Shown: piece after piece, positions 27,813 through 32,000 of the stretch | Numbering within the stretch: position 1 is the first letter of the stretch | How the letters are laid out: every line of letters starts with the position of its first letter | NCBI RefSeq assembly: GCF_900095195.1 | Contig: NZ_LT606950.1 | Coordinates: 697,207-729,206 of the forward strand | Source of the DNA: Polynucleobacter necessarius | GTDB taxonomy: Bacteria; Pseudomonadota; Gammaproteobacteria; Burkholderiales; Burkholderiaceae | Direction: 5' to 3' | Length of the DNA stretch: 32,000 nucleotides | The notes under the pieces: generated by a model | The model's input: only the letters and a program-made list of their open reading frames with translations | Told to the model about the DNA's origin: nothing | Database searches by the model: none | Program-made: the position numbers and the translations under genes

Positions 27813-29657
27813 TTGCTCTTGGCATTGCTTTACGCCTCTGCGAAGGCTTACGGTTTCACGATTATTTCCATTTCCATCTCATTGGTTGCCGTCTTTATTC
27901 CCCTTTTCTTTATGTCAGGCCCCATTGGACTGCTTTTTAGAGAATTTGCGGTCGTTGTTTCCTTGTCAATTTTAGTATCGGCCATTGTTTCACTGACTGT
28001 TATTCCAATGCTTTGTAGTCGTTTTTTACCAAAGCCTGGCGATCATGGTAAGGAATATAAAGTTACAAAGCAGTTTGATCGCATCTTTGATTGGACATTA
28101 AAGGTTTATGTCCATTACCTTGATCTAGCACTTAAAAATCGCAAAATCGTTTTATGGGGCGCAATCTCCACATTCTTTATTGCATTAGTCCCATTCGTAA
28201 ACAGTCCAAAAGGATTTTTTCCAGAAGAAGATATTGGCCAAATTACTGCGACAACTGAAGCGGCAGAAGATACTTCATTCAAAGCAATGTTAGAGCTCCA
28301 GGATAAAGCTGCGGAAATTATTAACAATGACCCTAATGTTGCTACATCGATTTCAATTTTGGGCGGATGTCAAAGCGCTGGCAGAAATACGGGGCGCTTC
28401 TTTATCATCCTCAAACCCAAGGGTGATCGCGAAAAAATGAGCAAGGTCATCGAAGGCTTGCGCAATAAATTTAGAGAAATTCCAGACTTACAGGTTTACA
28501 TGCGTCCCGTACAAAACCTTCAGCTAGGAGGCCGAAATAGTAAAAGCCGCTATCAATTTATCCTGCAAAGTGTTGGGTTTGAGGGCGTCAATGAGTGGGC
28601 CGATAAGATAGCTCAAAAAATGCGTGCCGACCCTATCTTTAGAGACGTTACCAGCGACTCCCAGCTTAAGGGCTTGAATGTCAAAATTGAGATCAATCGT
28701 GATCAGGCAGCCCTTGCCGGTGTATCAATAGCCGACATACGCACTGCACTCTACAACTCTTTTGGCGAGCGACAGGTCTCTACCATCTACACTCCAGTCA
28801 ACACATATTACGTCATTTTAGAAACCGCTGAAGGTGATCGGCAATATGAAACGGATCTTAATAAGGTATCCGTAAGAGGACGCGCTACAGATAAACTCAT
28901 TCCACTATCCAGTCTTGCAAAATTTGTTCGTACAGTTGGGCCAACAGCTGTCAACCATCAAGGTCAAATTCCAGCGGTAACGATTTCCTTTAATTTGGCT
29001 CCCGACGTCTTCCTGGGGGATGCTACTAAAGCAATCGACGCCTTTGAAAAAGAAATTGATTTGCCACCATCAATCATTACTAGTTATGGCGGTGATGCTG
29101 CGGTATTTAAAGACAACCAATCTGGCCAAGTGATCTTAATCTTGGCCGCACTTGGAGTTATCTACATTTTGCTTGGATGTTTATATGAGAGCTATATCCA
29201 TCCATTAACGATTTTGGCCGGACTGCCTTCAGCTGCTATTGGTGCGATTGTAGCTTTACGTATTTTTGGCTTTGAACTCATCGTCATCGCCTCTATTGGT
29301 ATTCTTTTGTTGATTGGTATTGTTAAAAAGAATGCGATCTTAATGATTGACTTTGCGTTAGATGCTCAGCGCACTAAAGGCTTATCACCGGATCATGCCA
29401 TTCGCGAAGCGTGCATTCTACGTTTTAGACCTATCATGATGACGACTTTTACCGCTCTCATGGGTGCCCTCCCTATTGCTTTTGGTCTTGGGGCTGGCGC
29501 AGAGCTTCGACAGCCATTGGGTATCAGTGTTGCTGATGGATTGATATTCCCTCAGTTTGTAACCCTCATCATTACTCCAGTAATTTATTTGTATCTTGAT
29601 AAGTATGCCGGTAACAGCCCAATGGAAATTCCGCCATCCGTTTTAGAGGGTACATAA
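27813..29657 (+). pseudogene. RND (HAE1, AcrB/MdtB-like) efflux pump, C-terminal ~60% only
   Basis: The 614-aa open frame begins inside the protein (GFTIISISISLVAVFIPLFFMSG...REFAVVVSLSILVSAIVSLTVIPMLC) and runs to the normal C-terminus (LYESYIHPLTILAGLPSA...IVKKNAILMIDFAL...RFRPIMMTTFTALMGALP...TPVIYLYLDK). Roughly 400 N-terminal residues and any membrane-fusion or outer-membrane partner genes are absent. The only start is TTG. Confidence 0.8.
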
Positions 29658-30367
29658 TGCGGCAAGTTATTTTGGATACGGAAACTACTGGTTTAAATCC
29701 GGCAACAGGCGATCGCATTATTGAGATTGGGTGTGTCGAGGTCATTGATCGGCGCTTAACTGATCGCACTTTTCACTATTACATCAACCCTGAGCGCGAC
29801 ATTAATGCTGGCGCTTTTGCTGTTCACGGGCTTTCAAGAGAATTTTTATCCGATAAGCCCGTTTTCGGAACAATTGTCGAACAATTGATTGAGTTCGTTG
29901 ATGGCGCAGAGATTGTGATTCACAATGCTGCGTTTGACTTAGGCTTTTTAGATAATGAATTTGCCCTCTTAAAACGACCACCATTCAGGGGCCTGGTATC
30001 TAAGATTATCGACACCCTACTCGATGCACGCCAAATGTTCCCAGGAAAGCGCAATTCATTAGATGCGCTCTGCGATAGATTCAACATCAGCAATGAACAC
30101 CGCACATTGCACGGCGCCTTATTGGATGCCCAACTGCTAGCAGAAGTTTATATTGCCATGACGCGAGGCCAAGAAGATCTATTGATTGATCTGATTGACT
30201 ATACCGTTGGTGCCGATGTTGCCGGCAACAGCAAAGCATTGCCAGCTAATTTGAAAGTGCTGGCGGCTAGCGATGATGATCATGCACAACATGAGAAGAT
30301 TCTTGCTGAAATCGCCAAGGCAAGCAAGAAGGATCCCGCCTGGAGTCCTGTCATAACAGTTTCTTAA
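29657..30367 (+). CDS. dnaQ: DNA polymerase III epsilon subunit (3'-5' proofreading exonuclease)
   Basis: Exo I VILDTETTG, Exo II IHNAAFDLGFL, Exo III HGALLDAQLLAEVY; 236 aa. Its ATG overlaps the stop of the RND remnant. Confidence 0.93.
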   Translation: MRQVILDTETTGLNPATGDRIIEIGCVEVIDRRLTDRTFHYYINPERDINAGAFAVHGLSREFLSDKPVFGTIVEQLIEFVDGAEIVIHNAAFDLGFLDNEFALLKRPPFRGLVSKIIDTLLDARQMFPGKRNSLDALCDRFNISNEHRTLHGALLDAQLLAEVYIAMTRGQEDLLIDLIDYTVGADVAGNSKALPANLKVLAASDDDHAQHEKILAEIAKASKKDPAWSPVITVS

Positions 30368-31531
30368 TTTACTGCTGTTTTTTCTTCGATTAATTTTTGA
30401 TACAACGCTTCAAGATCGGTGACGTACTGTTTAGTGTCAAATAAAGGTGCGGATGTACGATTAGCCTCAAGCCTCTTCCTAAGATTCATCAGCAGCTGAG
30501 GATTGCTGGCCAATTCAAAAAGTAATTAACTCAGGCAATCCCAAAGCGGATAATTGGCTTGCAGCAACCCTTCCAGCAAATGTTGAACCTATCTGCGTAA
30601 GAACAGGAAGGCCAGCCCATAATGCATCAGCAGCAGTTGTATGAGCATTGTAGTTTGGTGCATCCAAAAATAAATCAGCTAGTCTAAGGCGCGAGAGATA
30701 GACTGCTCTGCTTGGAACGAGCTCTGCAAAAATTAAGCGAGATGAATCAACGCCGCGTTTTAGCGCTTCGTTTACTAAATTTTTGGTTGCAACATCAGAG
30801 AATTTTGACAGCCAAAGCACGCTGTGTGGAAACGACTTTAGCAATTTAATCCGGGTATCAAATACGGATGGCGTAATCTTGTAAAAATTATTGAAGTAGG
30901 CAAACACCAGGCCATCTACTAGTAAGCCATGATCTTCTCTTTTGGGAAAAAGGCCTAGACTATCTATTGATATTGATGTGTCAGCAGAAAAAAAAGAATT
31001 GAGTAAATAAGAAACAAACTCAGTGTAATGAGGTCTGTCATTTGGCGGAAACACCACCTGATCAGCAATTAAACAGTCATAAAAATCTGCGCCTGAAGTG
31101 CCTGCAAAGCCAAGATAATTAACCTGAGGCGGTGCAATGCGGTTTGCAAACAATGCGGTTCTAGCTCCTGTAGTATGGCAATTTAAATCGATGGCGATAT
31201 ATCAATATCTAAGCTCCCTAATAAATCAAAGACTTCCTGATCACTCATATTATGAGTGTGATAGCAATGATCAAATAATGCCTTAAATTGCTCTTCGACC
31301 TCATCACCTGTTTCTCTATTCAAAAATACTCCAGATACTTCAAATCGTGATCTGTCATGCATTTTGACTATGTTTTTCATTAAAACGCCAACAGGATGAA
31401 ATTTAAAATCGGATGAAAAATAAGCAATTCTTATTTTTGAATCAGCCGATTTAGGTTTGATGACTAGTGTTTTATTTTTGGTAGTTAGATATTTGTTACG
31501 AACATACTGGATTGCACATTTTTTTGAAGCT
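30364..31531 (-). pseudogene. GT41 / SPINDLY-type (O-GlcNAc-transferase-like) glycosyltransferase remnant lacking the TPR region
   Basis: IRIAYFSSDFKFHPVGVLMKNIVKMHDRSRFEV (no start codon, frame opens after TAG at 31532..31534). Frameshift at about 31195..31203 (DIDI / IAIDLNCHTTGARTALFANRIAPPQVNYLGF). Catalytic region ...LDAPNYNAHTTAADALWAGLPVLT...LGLPELIT. Then a deletion plus frame change at about 30515..30525, and the tail LASNPQLLMNLRKRLEANRTSAPLFDTKQYVTDLEALYQKLIEEKTAVN* ends at 30364. Confidence 0.75.
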
Positions 31532-31578
31532 CTAATGATGCTGGCGTATTAAGCAAGATAAATGGCATGGCCACAGAT

Positions 31579-32000
31579 TTATTTGCAGAAACGAGCTCTA
31601 GCTTCTGGATAGCCCAAATGATCAAGCATCATAGCGCCACTCCATATTTGCCCGATGGGGTTAGCGATCATTTTGCCGTAAATATCTGGCGTTGAGCTAT
31701 GGATGGGTTCAAATAATGATGGGAACTTGCCTTCAGGATTAATACTTCCAGACGGAGCAACGGCAATCGTCCCAGTACATGCCGGACCTAAGTCAGAAAG
31801 AATATCACCAAATAAGTTGCTCGCCACAACCACATCAAAGCGATCGGGATTCATCACAAAATGGGCCGCCAAAATGTCGATATGGTATTTATCGGTTCGC
31901 ACATCTGCAAACTGTTGAGCCATTTCTTCAACACGCTCATCCCAATATGGCATCGTAATAGCGATACCGTTTGACTTCGTAGCAGATGTTAGATGCTTCT
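31579..32000 (-). pseudogene. Tartrate dehydrogenase/decarboxylase-like (isocitrate/isopropylmalate dehydrogenase family); 5' end off-window; probably 3'-truncated
   Basis: KHLTSATKSNGIAITMPYWDERV...RFDVVVASNLFGDILSDLGPACTGTIAVAPSGSINPEGKFPSLFEPIHSSTPDIYGKMIANPIG...MMLDHLG. The frame stops 10 codons after HLG, whereas family members (from memory) continue for about 40. Confidence 0.6.

Noticed and set aside
27813-29657. 614-aa ORF as a novel stand-alone half-size transporter
   Set aside because: It is colinear with the C-terminal part of ordinary HAE1 RND pumps, begins mid-helix, and has only a TTG start with no SD. A 5'-deleted remnant is the more economical reading (kept as a finding because the frame is intact).
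1-32000. Search for a novel defence, secretion, toxin-antitoxin or biosynthetic system
   Set aside because: Every ORF of meaningful length resolves to a familiar housekeeping gene or to a recognisable decayed gene. No cluster of uncharacterised intact genes exists in this window, so I do not claim a new system.

Overview
The window reads as a Burkholderiales-type (betaproteobacterial, about 45% GC by eye) chromosomal segment. It alternates between intact housekeeping genes and heavily eroded gene remnants.

Intact or apparently intact:
- a DUF3313-like lipoprotein
- the gltIJKL glutamate/aspartate ABC transporter
- tRNA-Arg(UCU) and tRNA-Pro(UGG)
- glmM, folP, ftsH, rlmE
- carA, carB, greA, a DUF4149 membrane protein, yhbY
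- mltD, a YafS-like methyltransferase, rnhA, dnaQ

At least 12 loci are pseudogenes or fragments, called from in-frame stops, frameshifts, internal deletions and truncations read directly in the sequence:
- FAD-linked oxidase
- alpha/beta hydrolase
- TonB-dependent receptor
- PlsC-family acyltransferase
- LpxH-like phosphoesterase
- OlsB-like acyltransferase
- pstS
- alkaline phosphatase
- prpE
- gloB
- an RND pump
- a GT41 glycosyltransferase
- probably also a tartrate-dehydrogenase-like gene at the right edge

Structural observations of most interest:
1. A 6.6-kb inversion cuts prpE exactly inside its YTSGTTGKPKG motif and separates yhbY from rlmE. The hexamer ACCTCC/GGAGGT sits at both junctions.
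2. A perfect 160-bp tandem duplication covers the ribosome-binding site, start codon and signal peptide of gltI.
3. A 4.5-kb stretch (7.1-11.6 kb) consists only of gene stumps fused end to end by deletions. Many of them belong to phosphate-limitation functions.
4. A one-base insertion lies 2 nt upstream of the folP Met codon and cuts off the conserved N-terminal extension.

I found no CRISPR array, transposase, integrase, phage gene, toxin-antitoxin pair or recognisable defence or secretion system. I cannot support a claim of a novel multi-gene system here. The notable biology is the pattern of reductive genome decay, as in an obligate symbiont or a recently host-restricted lineage (Polynucleobacter-like). 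That interpretation is inference and cannot be verified without a database search.
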